From contig JAEYXO010000084.1 in the NCBI GenBank assembly GCA_023431245.1, positions 1 through 41,895 of the forward strand: DNA of 41,895 nucleotides, written 5' to 3'. The notes beneath the pieces are model-generated. The model was not told where the DNA came from, did no database searches, and saw only the letters and a program-made list of their open reading frames with translations. This document shows positions 28,457 to 39,366 of the stretch, piece after piece (positions within the stretch are counted from its first letter, which is position 1; each line of letters starts with the position of its first letter). Source of the stretch: Pseudomonadota bacterium. GTDB taxonomy: Bacteria > Pseudomonadota > Gammaproteobacteria > Burkholderiales > SG8-41. Made by a program: the position numbers and the translations under genes.

Positions 28457-29357
28457 GGGCGAGCTCCAGAATGCGCAGCACCAGTTGTTCGAAGGACAGG
28501 CCTGCCTGGCGCGCGGCCATCGGCACCAGGCTGTGTCCGGTCATGCCGGGCGAGGTGTTCATTTCCAGGAACTGCACGCTGCCGTCGGCGCGGCGGATCA
28601 GGTCGGCCCTGCCCCAGCCGGCGCAGCCCAGGGCCTGCGCGCTTTTCATCACCAGTTCGCGGATGCGCTGTTCTTCCGCCTCGGGCAGGCCGCAGGGGCA
28701 GTGGTATTTCGTCTCGTCGCTGAAGTACTTGTTCTGGTAGTCGTAATTGCCCTGCGGCGCCTCGATGCGGATCAGCGGCAGCGCCTGGTCGCCGAGGAAA
28801 CCGGCGGTGAGTTCCTCCCCGGCGACAAACTCCTCCGCCATCACGAACGGGTCATGACGTGCCGCGAGCGCAAAGGCCTGCGGCAGTTCGGCCACGGCGC
28901 CGACCTTGGTCAGCCCGATGGTCGAACCTTCGCGCGCCGGCTTGACGATCAGCGGCAGGCCGAGCCGCGCCGCCACCCCCGCCCAGTCGCTGCCGGCGTC
29001 GATTACCTCGAAGCGCGGCGTCGGGATGCCGGCCGCGGTCCACACCATTTTCGTGCGCACCTTGTCCATCGCCAGTGCCGAAGCCATCACGCCGCTGCCG
29101 GTATAGGGAATGCCCATCAGCTCCAGCGCGCCCTGCACCGTGCCGTCCTCGCCGTAGCGGCCGTGCAGCGCGATGAACACGCGGGAATAACCCTCGCGCC
29201 TGAGGTCGAATATCTCGCGTTCCGCCGGATCGAAGGCATGCGCATCGAGCCCGGCACCGCGCAGCGCGTCGAGCACGTTGCGCCCGCTCATCAGCGAAAT
29301 CTCGCGCTCGGCACTGCGTCCGCCGAACAGCACGGCGATCTTCCCGTAGGCGCTCAT
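28446..29357 (-). CDS. ddl: D-alanine--D-alanine ligase
   Basis: [28 protein letters not shown], and the ATP-grasp C-terminus EMNTSPGMT. Confidence 0.96.
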   Translation of the reverse strand: MSAYGKIAVLFGGRSAEREISLMSGRNVLDALRGAGLDAHAFDPAEREIFDLRREGYSRVFIALHGRYGEDGTVQGALELMGIPYTGSGVMASALAMDKVRTKMVWTAAGIPTPRFEVIDAGSDWAGVAARLGLPLIVKPAREGSTIGLTKVGAVAELPQAFALAARHDPFVMAEEFVAGEELTAGFLGDQALPLIRIEAPQGNYDYQNKYFSDETKYHCPCGLPEAEEQRIRELVMKSAQALGCAGWGRADLIRRADGSVQFLEMNTSPGMTGHSLVPMAARQAGLSFEQLVLRILELAHVG

Positions 29358-30355
29358 GCCGCCTCCCCGATCACGCGGACTTCGCGTTCGAGCTCGATGC
29401 CGAAACGCTGCCGCACCGTGGCCTGCGCAAGCGCGATCAGCGCCTCGATGTCAGCGGCGCTGGCGCCGCCGTCGTTGACGATGAAATTGGCATGTTTCGC
29501 CGAAATCGACGCACCACCGATGCGCCTGCCCTTCAGGCCGCTCGCCTCGATCAGCCTCGCCGCGTGGTCACCGGGCGGATTGCGGAACACCGAACCGGCA
29601 TTGGGCATGCCCAGCGGTTGCGTCGCGATGCGTTTCGCCAGCAGCTCCTTGATGCGCGCCCGCGACTGCGCAGCGTCGCCGGAAGCCATGCGGAAAGTCG
29701 CCGCGACGAACCACTCTTCGCCGCCGCCGCGCACCTCTTCCCCCGGCACGCTCGACATCTGGCGGCAGCGCAGCCCCACGCTGCGGTAAGCGATGTGGTA
29801 ATGCTGCGGCGTGCGCAGGCGCAGCGTGCCGGCGCGGTCGATGGTCTGCACCTGCGCCACGAGATTCCAGGTTTCCCCGCCATAACAGCCGGCGTTCATC
29901 GCCAGCGCGCCGCCAACGGTGCCGGGAATTCCGGCCAGAAATTCGGCTCCCGCAAAACCGTGCAGCGCGGCGAGCCGCGCCACCTTCGGACAGGCAACGC
30001 CGGCCTGGGCGCGGATCTCGCCGCCGTCCGCGGTCGCAGTGATGTCCGTGCCGCGCAGCGCCCAGTGGGTGAATATCACGGTGCCGTCGAAGCCGCCGTC
30101 GCGCACCAGCAGGTTGCTGCCCAGCCCGACGACACACACCGGCTCGCCACCGGGCAAGGCACGCAGGAAGGCCGCCATGTCCTCGAGATCGGCCGGGGCA
30201 TAACTGCGGCGCGCGCGCCCGCCCGCCCGCCAGCTGACGTGGCGGGCCATGGGCTCGCCGTGGCGAAGCTCGCCGCGCAATCCGGCTCCGGCCATCATCT
30301 GCAGTTCGCTCATGTCCATGTCGGGTTGTCGTTCGCCGGCGGCCTTTCCGCTCAC
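29354..30355 (-). CDS. murB: UDP-N-acetylenolpyruvoylglucosamine reductase
   Basis: [23 protein letters not shown], and GSVFRNP with AGSVF context. The GTG start at 30355 forms a GTGA overlap with the murC stop and has AGGAGG 4 nt upstream. Confidence 0.93.
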   Translation of the reverse strand: MSGKAAGERQPDMDMSELQMMAGAGLRGELRHGEPMARHVSWRAGGRARRSYAPADLEDMAAFLRALPGGEPVCVVGLGSNLLVRDGGFDGTVIFTHWALRGTDITATADGGEIRAQAGVACPKVARLAALHGFAGAEFLAGIPGTVGGALAMNAGCYGGETWNLVAQVQTIDRAGTLRLRTPQHYHIAYRSVGLRCRQMSSVPGEEVRGGGEEWFVAATFRMASGDAAQSRARIKELLAKRIATQPLGMPNAGSVFRNPPGDHAARLIEASGLKGRRIGGASISAKHANFIVNDGGASAADIEALIALAQATVRQRFGIELEREVRVIGEAA

Positions 30356-31746
30356 GCGCCCTCCTTCGCCAGCCGCGCCGCAACCGTGCCGATCGACCCG
30401 GCCCCCATCGCCAGCACCACGTCGCCGTCGCGCGCGGCCGCGGTGATCGCCGCCGGCAGCTCCGCGACCTGCTCCACGAATACCGGCTCCACCTTGCCCA
30501 GCACCCGCACCGCCCGCGCGAGCGCGCGGCCATCGGCGGCGACGATCGGCGCCTCGCCCGCCGGATAAACCTCGGTCAGCAGCAGCGCATCCACGCTCGA
30601 CAGCACGCGCACGAAATCCTCGAAACAGTCGCGGGTGCGGGTGTAACGGTGCGGCTGGAACGCCAGAACCAGCCGGCGGCCCGGGAACGCACCGCGCGCC
30701 GCGGCGATGGTTGCCGCCATCTCCACCGGGTGATGGCCGTAGTCGTCGATCAGGTCATAACTGCCGCCGCGCAGCGCAATCGCGCCGTAACGCTGGAACC
30801 GCCGGCCCACGCCCTTGAAATCGGCCAGCGCCTTGACGATCTTGTCGTCCGCGACGCCGGCCTCCATGCCCACAGCAACCGCCGCCAGCGCGTTCTGCAC
30901 GTTATGCACACCCGGCAGGTTGAGCACGATATCGAGGTCGGGCAGGCGTTTGCCGTTCATGCGCCGGACCCTGAAACGCATGCGTCCCGCGTCAGCCGTC
31001 ACCGACACCGCGCGGATCTGCGCGCCCTCGCCGAGGCCGTAGGTGACGACCGTTTTCGTCAGCCGCGGCATGATCGAACGCACATTGGCATCGTCATTGC
31101 ACAGCACCGCGACGCCGTAAAACGGCAGGCGTTCGACAAAATCGACAAAAGCCTGTTTCAGCCGGTCCAGCGAGTGATCATAGGTTTCCATGTGGTCGGC
31201 ATCGATGTTGGTGACCACGGAAATCACCGGCTGCAGGTGCAGGAAGGACGCATCGGATTCGTCGGCTTCGGCAACGATGAATTCGCCGGCGCCGAGCCGG
31301 GCATGAGCTCCCGCGCTCTCCAGGCGCCCCCCGATCACGAAGGTCGGATCAAGGCCGCCCTCGGCCAGGACGCTGGCCGCGAGACTGGTGGTGGTGGTCT
31401 TGCCGTGGGTGCCGGCCACGGCAATCCCCTGTTTCAGCCGCATCAGTTCGGCCAGCATCAGCGCGCGCGGCACCACGGGCACATGGCGCGCGCGCGCCGC
31501 GATCACCTCCGGATTGTCCGGCTTCACGGCGCTGGAGATCACCACGACGTCGGCCGCCGCGACATGTGCCGCGTCGTGGCCGATGCGCACCTGCGCACCG
31601 AGGCTGGCGAGGCGACGCGTGGCGCCGCCCTCACTGAGGTCGGAACCGCTGACCGCGTAGCCGAGGTTGAGCAGCACTTCCGCAATGCCGCTCATCCCGG
31701 CGCCGCCGATGCCGACGAAATGCACGTTGCGCACTTTGTGCCTCAT
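30352..31746 (-). CDS. murC: UDP-N-acetylmuramate--L-alanine ligase
   Basis: [31 protein letters not shown]-terminus and the GTHGKTTT P-loop. ATG 31746 overlaps the murG stop (ATGA). The track ORF is over-extended by 98 codons. Confidence 0.96.
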   Translation of the reverse strand: MRHKVRNVHFVGIGGAGMSGIAEVLLNLGYAVSGSDLSEGGATRRLASLGAQVRIGHDAAHVAAADVVVISSAVKPDNPEVIAARARHVPVVPRALMLAELMRLKQGIAVAGTHGKTTTTSLAASVLAEGGLDPTFVIGGRLESAGAHARLGAGEFIVAEADESDASFLHLQPVISVVTNIDADHMETYDHSLDRLKQAFVDFVERLPFYGVAVLCNDDANVRSIMPRLTKTVVTYGLGEGAQIRAVSVTADAGRMRFRVRRMNGKRLPDLDIVLNLPGVHNVQNALAAVAVGMEAGVADDKIVKALADFKGVGRRFQRYGAIALRGGSYDLIDDYGHHPVEMAATIAAARGAFPGRRLVLAFQPHRYTRTRDCFEDFVRVLSSVDALLLTEVYPAGEAPIVAADGRALARAVRVLGKVEPVFVEQVAELPAAITAAARDGDVVLAMGAGSIGTVAARLAKEGA

Positions 31747-32816
31747 GCCGGCGCCAGCTCCATGCAGTAATCGGCGACGCGGATCGCCGCATCCGGCTTG
31801 CCGGCGGCACGGGCGGCCCGCGCCATCTCCAGCAGCTTGCCCCGGGTCATTCCGCGCAGGACGCCGGCCAGCACTCCCGGCGTCAGGTCCTTTTGCGGCA
31901 TCAGCAGCGCGGCCCCGCGGTCCGCGAGGTAACGCGCGTTGCGCGTCTGGTGATCGTCCACCGCATGCGGGAAAGGCACGAGAATGCTGCCGACGCCGGC
32001 CACGGCCAGCTCGGTCACCGTGGTGGCACCAGCACGGCACACCAGCAGGTCGGCTTCGCCGTAACGGGCGGCCATGTCATCAATGAAGGCGGGCACTTCG
32101 GCCTCCACGCCCGCCGCGCGGTAGGTTTCACGCAGGCGCTCGGCATGTGCAGCACCTGCCTGGTGCACCACCTGAGGACGCTCCGCCGCAGGCATCAGGG
32201 CGAGTGCCTGCGGCACCGTCTCGTTCAGCGCTTTTGCGCCGAGGCTCCCGCCGATCACCAGCAGCCGCAGGGGACCGCCGCGATTGGCAAACCGGGCTTC
32301 CGGCGGCGGCAGGTTGACAATGTCGGTGCGCACCGGATTGCCCGACCAGATCACGTCGACACGCCCTTCAAAGGCATCGGGAAATGCCGACAGCACGCGA
32401 TCCGCCACACCCGCGAGCACGCGGTTGGCCAGGCCCGGAACCGCATTCTGTTCATGGATCAGCAGCGGCCTGCCGAAAAGGGCGGCCATCATGCCGCCGG
32501 GAAAGGAGGCATAACCGCCCATGCCCAGCACCACGTCGGGCCGGTGCCGGAATATCGCCCTCGCGCTTTGCCAGAACGCCACCAGCAGCGCCGCCGGCAG
32601 CAGCAGCTTGCGCAGCCAGCCCTTGCCGCGCACGCCGCCGAAACGGATCCATTCCGCCGCGTAACCCCGGGGCGGCACCAGGCGTTCCTCCATGCCGCCG
32701 CGGGCACCCAGCCATACCACCCGCCAGCCGCGCCCGCGCAGCACGTCGGCCACGGCCAGCGCCGGAAAAATATGGCCGCCGGTGCCGCCGGCCATGACGA
32801 GGATGGTCCGGTTCAT
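31743..32816 (-). CDS. murG: undecaprenyldiphospho-muramoylpentapeptide beta-N-acetylglucosaminyltransferase
   Basis: [24 protein letters not shown]-terminus. ATG 32816 overlaps the ftsW stop (ATGA). 357 aa. Confidence 0.96.
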   Translation of the reverse strand: MNRTILVMAGGTGGHIFPALAVADVLRGRGWRVVWLGARGGMEERLVPPRGYAAEWIRFGGVRGKGWLRKLLLPAALLVAFWQSARAIFRHRPDVVLGMGGYASFPGGMMAALFGRPLLIHEQNAVPGLANRVLAGVADRVLSAFPDAFEGRVDVIWSGNPVRTDIVNLPPPEARFANRGGPLRLLVIGGSLGAKALNETVPQALALMPAAERPQVVHQAGAAHAERLRETYRAAGVEAEVPAFIDDMAARYGEADLLVCRAGATTVTELAVAGVGSILVPFPHAVDDHQTRNARYLADRGAALLMPQKDLTPGVLAGVLRGMTRGKLLEMARAARAAGKPDAAIRVADYCMELAPA

Positions 32817-33979
32817 ACGGTAAACCCGCGCTGCATCTGGCGGTTTTCCCAATCGACCCGCAGCAATACCGCCAGCGCGCAGCAGGTGGCGAGGATCGCG
32901 CTGCCGCCGAAGGACAGCAGCGGCAGCGTCAGGCCCTTGGTCGGCAGCACGCCCATGTTGACGCCCATGTTGATGATCACCTGCACACCGATCCACAGTC
33001 CGATGCCCTGCGCCACCAGCGCGGAATACGGCCGGTCAAGATCGGCGGCACGGCGGCCGATGGCGAAGGCGCGGGCGACGATCCACGCGAACAGCATGAT
33101 CAGCGCCAGCACGCCGATGAAACCGAGTTCCTCGGCGATCACCGCCAGCAGGAAGTCGGTGTGCGCTTCCGGCAGGTAAAACAGTTTTTCGACACTGGCG
33201 CCGAGGCCGACGCCGAACCATTCGCCGCGGCCGAAGGCAATCAGCGCATGCGACAGCTGGTATCCCTTGCCGTAGGGATCGGCCCAGGGATCCATGAAAC
33301 CGATCACCCGCTGCATGCGGTAGGGACTGCTCCAGATCAGCAGCAGGAAGCCGAGAACCAGCATCACGATCAGCCCGGCAAACAGCTTCCAGTTCATGCC
33401 GCCGAGGAACAGGATGCCCATCGCGATCACGGTGATCACCGCGAACGCGCCGAAATCGGGCTCCCGCAGCAGCAGTCCCCCGGTCAGCAGCATCACCCCG
33501 GCCATCGGCAGGAAACCCTTGCGCAGGCTGTGCATGAAGGCGGCCTTGCGCACGGTGTAGTCCGCCGCGTAGAGCACCGCGCACAGTTTCATCAGCTCCG
33601 AGGGTTGCAGGTTGGCGAATCCGAGCGGCAGCCAGCGCCGGCTGCCGTTGACCTCGCGGCCGATGCCCGGGATCAGCACCAGCATCAGCAGCACCATGCC
33701 GAGCACGAACAGCAGCGGCGCGGCGCGCTGCCAGACGCGCAGGGGCACCTGGAACACGATCGCTGCAGCCACCAGGCTGACCAGGATATAGGCGGCGTGC
33801 CGGGTCAGGTAATAGACGGCGCTGTTGCCGGTGCTGCGGCTCGCTTCGGCGATCGCGATTGATGCCGAGTACACCATGACCATGCCGAAACCGAGCAGCA
33901 GAAGTGTCACCCAGATCAGCGCGCTGTCGTATTCGTCGCCTGCCGCGCGCTGGTTGACCGTGGCGTAGTACTGGCTCAT
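32813..33979 (-). CDS. ftsW: peptidoglycan glycosyltransferase FtsW (SEDS family)
   Basis: Polytopic SEDS protein ([24 protein letters not shown]). ATG 33979 has GGAGG 5 nt upstream and overlaps the murD stop (ATGA). Confidence 0.95.
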   Translation of the reverse strand: MSQYYATVNQRAAGDEYDSALIWVTLLLLGFGMVMVYSASIAIAEASRSTGNSAVYYLTRHAAYILVSLVAAAIVFQVPLRVWQRAAPLLFVLGMVLLMLVLIPGIGREVNGSRRWLPLGFANLQPSELMKLCAVLYAADYTVRKAAFMHSLRKGFLPMAGVMLLTGGLLLREPDFGAFAVITVIAMGILFLGGMNWKLFAGLIVMLVLGFLLLIWSSPYRMQRVIGFMDPWADPYGKGYQLSHALIAFGRGEWFGVGLGASVEKLFYLPEAHTDFLLAVIAEELGFIGVLALIMLFAWIVARAFAIGRRAADLDRPYSALVAQGIGLWIGVQVIINMGVNMGVLPTKGLTLPLLSFGGSAILATCCALAVLLRVDWENRQMQRGFTV

Positions 33980-35349
33980 GCGCACCTCCGCTGCAGGGCC
34001 AGTACCGCCTCCGCAAACACCTCGGCGCGGTGCACGTAATTGCGGTACATGTCGTAACTCGCGCAGGCCGGCGACAGCAGCACCGCGTCCCCCGGCTGCG
34101 CGGACCTGAAGGCCAGTTCCACCGCCTCATCCATGTCGCGCGCCCGGCACAACGGCACGTCATTCCCGACCGCGGCCGCAATGCGCGGTCCGTCGCGCCC
34201 GATCAGCACGATGGCCCGTGCACGACCGCGCGCAGCCGCCGCCAGCGGCGCAAAGTCCTGGCCCTTGCCATCACCGCCGGCGATCAGCACCACCGGCTCG
34301 CGCAAACCGGTCAGAGCGGCGACGGTGGCGCCGACATTGGTGCCCTTGGAATCATCATAGAATGATATGTTATTGATTTTATTGATATTTTTTACACGGT
34401 GCGGCAAACCCTCAAAGCGCCGCCAGCCCTCGACAATGGCTCCGTCGGCAACAGCGATGGCGCGGCACAACGCCGCCGCCGCCAGCGCATTGGCCGCATT
34501 GTGCAGACCGGCAACGCGCAGAACATCCACCGGCGCGAGTTCATGCGGACCGCGCCGCAGGGTGGTGCCCGCATTGCCGAGCCCCCAGTCCTCGCCGGCC
34601 TCCGGCGCATCAAGGCCGAAAGTCACCCGGCGCCGGCCGGCCAGTGCCATGCCGCGGCTCCAGGCATCGTCGCGGTTCAGCAGCTGCAGGCCGTCACCGC
34701 CGAAAATCCGCGCTTTCGCCGAGGCGTATTCATTCATGCCGTCGTAGCGGTCCAGATGATCTTCCGACAGGTTGAGCACTGTTGCGGCCTGCGGCCGCAG
34801 CGATGCCGTGCTTTCCAGCTGGAAACTCGACAGCTCGAGCACGATCGCCCCCGGCATCGGCGCGCCGTCCTCGATTTCGCCGAGTGCATCCAGCACCGGC
34901 AATCCGATGTTGCCGGCCACCAGCGGCCGCAGGCCCGCGGCAGCGCAGATTTCGCCGGCCATCGCCGTCACCGTACTCTTGCCGTTGGAGCCGGTGATGG
35001 CCAGCACCGGCGGCGCATCGCCGCGAGCGGCCAGCGACTGCGCGAAGAGCTCGATGTCGCCGACCACCGGCACGCCCCGTTTCGCCGCTGCGGCAATCGC
35101 TCCGCCGCGACGGTCGATGCCGGGACTGACCGCGATCACTTCGGCGCGGTGCACCTCGTCGTCCATGACGCCGCCCAGCAACAGCGGCAACCGGGGGTAT
35201 TCCCGCTGCAGCACCTCCGCCGCGGGCGGCGCCGCGCGCGTGTCCGCGGCGACCACATCCGCCCCGTGGCGGTGCAACCAGCGCACCATCGACAGTCCGG
35301 TGTCACCGAGACCGACGACGAGAACACGGGCGCCTGCGAGGTCGAGCAT
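33976..35349 (-). CDS. murD: UDP-N-acetylmuramoyl-L-alanine--D-glutamate ligase
   Basis: [12 protein letters not shown] Rossmann N-terminus, GSNGKST P-loop, and DDSKGTN. The start is taken as ATG 35349 (GGAGG 8 nt upstream, 457 aa). An alternative ATG at 35454, 1 nt after the mraY stop, would add 35 non-conserved residues. Confidence 0.93.
   Translation of the reverse strand: MLDLAGARVLVVGLGDTGLSMVRWLHRHGADVVAADTRAAPPAAEVLQREYPRLPLLLGGVMDDEVHRAEVIAVSPGIDRRGGAIAAAAKRGVPVVGDIELFAQSLAARGDAPPVLAITGSNGKSTVTAMAGEICAAAGLRPLVAGNIGLPVLDALGEIEDGAPMPGAIVLELSSFQLESTASLRPQAATVLNLSEDHLDRYDGMNEYASAKARIFGGDGLQLLNRDDAWSRGMALAGRRRVTFGLDAPEAGEDWGLGNAGTTLRRGPHELAPVDVLRVAGLHNAANALAAAALCRAIAVADGAIVEGWRRFEGLPHRVKNINKINNISFYDDSKGTNVGATVAALTGLREPVVLIAGGDGKGQDFAPLAAAARGRARAIVLIGRDGPRIAAAVGNDVPLCRARDMDEAVELAFRSAQPGDAVLLSPACASYDMYRNYVHRAEVFAEAVLALQRRCA
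34350..34396. other. AT-rich island inside murD carrying ATTGATTTTATTGAT
   Basis: Plus strand reads AATCATCATAGAATGATATGTTATTGATTTTATTGATATTTTTTACA. The coding-strand codons GTA AAA AAT ATC AAT AAA ATC AAT AAC ATA TCA TTC TAT GAT GAT encode [15 protein letters not shown]. All are rare-type codons for this window. Confidence 0.65.
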
Positions 35350-35455
35350 CAGCAGCACCTCCGCGCATTCGCCGCGGATCCGGACGATAACCGGCACACC
35401 GCCGGCATCTCGGCAGTCGCTGGCATCAGGGGTTCCGTTCGCCGGCATGGGCATC

Positions 35456-36541
35456 TCATCGCAGCTTCAAGGTCGAGAGTCCGATCAACACCAGCATCAT
35501 CGTGATGATCCAGAAGCGGACGACGACCTGGTTTTCTTTCCAGCCCTTCAGTTCGTAGTGGTGGTGCAGCGGCGCCATGCGGAAAATGCGCCTGCCGGTG
35601 AGCTTGAAGGAGGCCACCTGCAGCATCACCGACAGCGTTTCGACGACGAACACCCCGCCCATGATGAACAGCACGATTTCCTGGCGCACGATCACCGCGA
35701 TCGTGCCCAGCGCGGCACCCAGCGCCAGCGCGCCGACGTCGCCCATGAACACTTCCGCCGGGTAGGCGTTGAACCACAGGAAGGCGAGCCCGGCACCGGC
35801 GATGGCGCCACAGATCACCGTCAGCTCGCCGGCACCCGGGATGAAGGGAAATCCGAGGTACTTCGCGAACACCGCGTTGCCGGCAACATAGGCAAAGATG
35901 CCCAGCGCGCTGCCGACCATCACCGTCGGCATGATCGCCAGGCCGTCGAGGCCATCGGTCAGGTTGACCGCGTTGCTGGTGCCGACGATGACGAAATAGG
36001 TCATCACGACGAAGCCGATCGCGCCCAGCGGATAGGCCACCTGCTTGAAAAACGGCACGATGAACTCGGTCTGCGCCGGCAGGTTGGTCGAATGCGCGAT
36101 GAACAGGGCGGCGCCGAGGCCGATCACCGACTGCCAGAAAAACTTCGCCTTTGCCGACAATCCCTTGGGGTTGCGGTGCACCACCTTGCGGTAGTCATCG
36201 ACCCAGCCGATCGCGCCGAAACCGACGGTGACACAGAGCACCACCCAGACGAAGCGGTTGCTCAGATCGGCCCACAGCAGGGTCGTCACGATGATCGACA
36301 CCAGGATCAGCGCGCCGCCCATCGTCGGCGTGCCGGCCTTGACCAGATGGGTCTGCGGACCGTCGTCGCGCACGGCCTGCCCGATCTTGTAGGCGGCCAG
36401 CTTGCGGATCAGTCCGGGCCCGACGATGAACGAAATGACCAGCGAAGTGAGGCAGGCCAGCACCGCACGCAGCGTCAGGTAGTTGAACACATTGAACGCG
36501 CGGACATGCTGTTCCAGCCATTGCGCCAGTTCGAGCAGCAT
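35456..36541 (-). CDS. mraY: phospho-N-acetylmuramoyl-pentapeptide transferase
   Basis: 361 aa. [10 protein letters not shown]-terminus, [20 protein letters not shown], and HHHYEL motifs. GGAGGG lies 8 nt upstream. Confidence 0.97.
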   Translation of the reverse strand: MLLELAQWLEQHVRAFNVFNYLTLRAVLACLTSLVISFIVGPGLIRKLAAYKIGQAVRDDGPQTHLVKAGTPTMGGALILVSIIVTTLLWADLSNRFVWVVLCVTVGFGAIGWVDDYRKVVHRNPKGLSAKAKFFWQSVIGLGAALFIAHSTNLPAQTEFIVPFFKQVAYPLGAIGFVVMTYFVIVGTSNAVNLTDGLDGLAIMPTVMVGSALGIFAYVAGNAVFAKYLGFPFIPGAGELTVICGAIAGAGLAFLWFNAYPAEVFMGDVGALALGAALGTIAVIVRQEIVLFIMGGVFVVETLSVMLQVASFKLTGRRIFRMAPLHHHYELKGWKENQVVVRFWIITMMLVLIGLSTLKLR

Positions 36542-36544
36542 CGG

Positions 36545-37903
36545 CTAACCCTCCGCCCCGGAAATTTCGCAGGCGCGCACGACGCGCTCCATCCGCATGA
36601 AGCGCGACCCCTTGACCAGCACCGCGGCCTGCGGACCGAGATCCCGGCTGACCTCCGCCAGCAGATCCTCGATGCGCGTGTAATGGCGCGCGCCTTCGCC
36701 AAAGGCCGCCGCCGCGGCTGCCGCCAGGTCGCCCAGCGTGAACAGCCGGTGCACGCCGGACCGCCTCGCATAGGCGCCGACCTCCTCGTGGAATGCGGCA
36801 CCCTGGCTGCCCACCTCACCCATGTCGCCCAGCACCAGCAGCCGCCGTCCCGGCATGCCCGCAAGCACGTCGATCGCGGCACGCACCGAATCGGGATTGG
36901 CGTTGTAGGTATCGTCGATCAGGGTCGCGCCCCGCAGGCCCGCCTTCACCTGCAGCCGCCCCCTGACCGCGGCGAAACGGGAAAGCGCGCCGGCGCAGAC
37001 GGCCAGCGGCACTCCGGCCGCAGTGGCGGCGGCGATCGCGGCCAGCGCGTTGCGCGCATTGTGTTCTCCGGCCACGGGCAGCTCGAACCGGGCCTGCGCC
37101 TCCGGCGTCGTGACTTCCAGTACCGATGAAGAGGGGCCGCAGCGGCCGTGCGCGCGCACGCAGGCCGCGCCGCCCAGCCCGAAGTCGCGCACCTGCCGCG
37201 AAGCCGCGGCTTTTTTCCAGGTGGTGGCATGCGCATCATCACCATTGATCACCGCGACGCCGTCCTCCGGCAGGGCACGGATCAGGCTGGCGTGCTCCTC
37301 GGCGACCTCCGCCACCGAATGCATGAATTCCTGGTGCTCGCGCTGAGCGTTGTTGACCAGCGCGATGGTGGGCGCGGCGATCTCCGCCAGCTGTGCCGTC
37401 TCGCCCGGATGGTTCATGCCGATTTCCACCACCGCCGCCCTGTGCGTGTCGCGCAGCGACAGTAGCGTCAGCGGCAGGCCGATATGGTTGTTGAGGTTGC
37501 CCTGGGTCGCGAGAACCGCCGCATCGCCAAAACCGGCACGCAGGCAGGCGGCGATCATCTCCTTGACCGTGGTCTTGCCGTTGGAGCCGGCCACCGCGAT
37601 CAGCGGAATGCTGAAGCGGCGCCGCCAGTGCGCGGCCAGTGCGGCCAGGGCCGCAGTGGTGTCGGCCACGGCAGCCACCGGCAGTGGCGCGGCGGCAGCG
37701 CGGTCGCGCTCGACCAGCGCGGCGGCCGCACCGGCGGCGGCGATCGCCGGGAGAAAATCATGGCCGTCGAAACGCTCGCCGCGCAGCGCCACGAACAGTT
37801 CACCCTTGCGGATGCTGCGGCTGTCGGTCGAGACGCCGGAAAAACGCACATCCGCCCCGTGCAGTTCGCCGCCCAGGATCGTTGCGGCAGTGGCCAGCGT
37901 CAT
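36545..37903 (-). CDS. murF: UDP-N-acetylmuramoyl-tripeptide--D-alanyl-D-alanine ligase
   Basis: VSTDSR.I..GELFVAL.GERFDGHDF and the GSNGKTT P-loop. ATG 37903 overlaps the murE stop (TGATG). GTG 37906 is an alternative start. Confidence 0.95.
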   Translation of the reverse strand: MTLATAATILGGELHGADVRFSGVSTDSRSIRKGELFVALRGERFDGHDFLPAIAAAGAAAALVERDRAAAAPLPVAAVADTTAALAALAAHWRRRFSIPLIAVAGSNGKTTVKEMIAACLRAGFGDAAVLATQGNLNNHIGLPLTLLSLRDTHRAAVVEIGMNHPGETAQLAEIAAPTIALVNNAQREHQEFMHSVAEVAEEHASLIRALPEDGVAVINGDDAHATTWKKAAASRQVRDFGLGGAACVRAHGRCGPSSSVLEVTTPEAQARFELPVAGEHNARNALAAIAAATAAGVPLAVCAGALSRFAAVRGRLQVKAGLRGATLIDDTYNANPDSVRAAIDVLAGMPGRRLLVLGDMGEVGSQGAAFHEEVGAYARRSGVHRLFTLGDLAAAAAAAFGEGARHYTRIEDLLAEVSRDLGPQAAVLVKGSRFMRMERVVRACEISGAEG

Positions 37904-39366
37904 CACCGTGCCCTCCCGGCCAGGACCGACCGCACCACCGCCGCATCGCTGAAACGGCGGCGCTGGCCGCGGATTTCCTGGTAGTTTTCGTGCCCTTTCC
38001 CGGCCACCAGCACGACATCGCCGCGCCGCGCCTCGGCCAGCGCCGTGCGGATCGCCTCACGGCGGTCGATGATCCTGCGGTGCGCGCCACGCACGCCTCC
38101 GGCAATTTCGTCGATGATTGCCGCCGGATCCTCGTCGCGCGGATTGTCGCTGGTGACGATCACCCGGTCGGCATGGCGTGATGCCGCCGCGCCCATCAGC
38201 GGCCTTTTGCCGCGATCACGGCTGCCGCCGCAACCGAACACGCAGAACAGGCGGGCCTTGGTGCCGGCGATGCCGCGCAGCGCGTGCAGCATCTTTTCAA
38301 GCGCGTCCGGGGTGTGCGCGTAGTCAACCACCACCAGCGGTGCTTGTCCGCCGCCGTAGCGCTCGGTGCGCCCCGGCACGGGGCCGACTTTTTCCAGCGC
38401 GGCCACCGAACGCTCGAGATCCATGCCGCTCGCCAGCAGCACCGTCAGCGAACCGAGCAGGTTGGCCGCGTTGAAGCCGCCGATCAGCGGGCTGCGCAGC
38501 CTGGCCCTGCCCCAGGGCGATGCGATCTCGAAGGCCATGCCGTCGAGGCCGAGCCTGAGATTGCGTCCTTCGACGCAGTCCCTGCGCGAACGCGCGGCAT
38601 TGCGGCCGAAGCCGTAACCGATCAGGTCCGCGCGGCGGTGTTTCCAGCGCAGCGCGAGTTCGCGTCCGAAGGCATCATCGAGATTGACCACTGCACGGCC
38701 CAGTGTCGGCCAGCGGAAGAGTTTCGCCTTTGCGGCCTTGTAGTTCCGCATCGTGCCGTGATAGTCGAGATGGTCGCGGCTCAGGTTGGTCAGCATCGCG
38801 ACGTCGAACTCGACGCCGGACAGCCGGTGCTGGTCGAGCCCGTGGGATGACACCTCCATGCACACCGCGCGCGCACCGGCACGGGCGAGGCCGCGCATGC
38901 GCGCCTGCAGCGTGACCGCATCCGGCGTGGTGTTGGCATGCGCATCCAGCCGTCCCGGAAAACCGCTGCCCAGCGTGCCGATCACGGCGCACCTGCGCCG
39001 CAGCCGGGTCAGCGACTGCGCGATCCACTGGCTGCAGGAGGTCTTGCCGTTGGTTCCGGTGACGCCCACCGTCCACAGCCTTGCGCTGGGCCTGCCGTAG
39101 ATTTCGGCGGCGATGACGCCCGCCTCCCGCCGCAGGCGCGGAATGCCGAGATTCGGCACCCGCCATCGCGCGTTCCAGGCATAACCATCCGCGCTGTCCC
39201 ACAGCACCGAGGCGGCGCCATTGGCAACCGCCTGGGCGATGTAGTCCCGGCCATCGCGGGCCTCGCCGGGATAGGCCACGAAAGTGTCGCCGGCCCTGAC
39301 CGCGCGGCTGTCGACGACCAGCCGGCGCACCCCGAGCCTGCGCACGGCCTGGAGATCCACGGCCAT
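37903..39366 (-). CDS. murE: UDP-N-acetylmuramoyl-L-alanyl-D-glutamate--2,6-diaminopimelate ligase
   Basis: VVDSRAVRAGDTFVAYPGE..DGRDYI, the GTNGKTS P-loop, and the DNPR motif (TSDNPRDEDP). ATG 39366 abuts the ftsI stop. The track ORF is over-extended by 211 codons. Confidence 0.96.
   Translation of the reverse strand: MAVDLQAVRRLGVRRLVVDSRAVRAGDTFVAYPGEARDGRDYIAQAVANGAASVLWDSADGYAWNARWRVPNLGIPRLRREAGVIAAEIYGRPSARLWTVGVTGTNGKTSCSQWIAQSLTRLRRRCAVIGTLGSGFPGRLDAHANTTPDAVTLQARMRGLARAGARAVCMEVSSHGLDQHRLSGVEFDVAMLTNLSRDHLDYHGTMRNYKAAKAKLFRWPTLGRAVVNLDDAFGRELALRWKHRRADLIGYGFGRNAARSRRDCVEGRNLRLGLDGMAFEIASPWGRARLRSPLIGGFNAANLLGSLTVLLASGMDLERSVAALEKVGPVPGRTERYGGGQAPLVVVDYAHTPDALEKMLHALRGIAGTKARLFCVFGCGGSRDRGKRPLMGAAASRHADRVIVTSDNPRDEDPAAIIDEIAGGVRGAHRRIIDRREAIRTALAEARRGDVVLVAGKGHENYQEIRGQRRRFSDAAVVRSVLAGRAR

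Noticed and set aside
30352-32040. Long N-terminal extensions in the ORF track: murC 562 aa, murE 698 aa, murG 417 aa, ftsI 624 aa, ftsL 183 aa, zapD 464 aa, the Nudix gene 352 aa, and secA, ffh, ftsZ and dciA
   Set aside because: The extensions run through the 3' end of the upstream gene in another frame. Conserved N-termini, SD spacing and ATGA/GTGA/TTGA stop-start overlaps place the real starts downstream. They are not novel fusion domains.
33036-34181. 381-aa minus-strand ORF in an alternative frame over ftsW. Many other Arg/Pro-rich same-strand alternative-frame ORFs fall in the same class, for example 29568-30533, 4103-5173 and 38675-39430.
   Set aside because: The frame containing the SEDS, MurB or MurE motifs is clearly the coding one. 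The alternative frames show the RGRPA-type composition expected from out-of-frame reading of GC-rich codons.
34372-34386. Interpreting the ATTGAT repeats as IHF sites (WATCAANNNNTTR), DnaA boxes (TTATCCACA) or MraZ repeats (TGGGN)
   Set aside because: The reverse complement contains ATCAA, but the required TTR is absent at the right spacing in all copies. Only TTAT matches the DnaA box. There is no TGGG repeat. No known consensus fits, so no factor is named.
34772-37129. 785-aa plus-strand ORF, the longest in the track apart from secA
   Set aside because: It lies antisense to murD, mraY and murF, all of which have unmistakable conserved motifs. Its translation is Arg/Gly/Ala/His-rich low-complexity sequence. 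This is a typical shadow ORF of high-GC DNA, where stop codons are rare in antisense frames.
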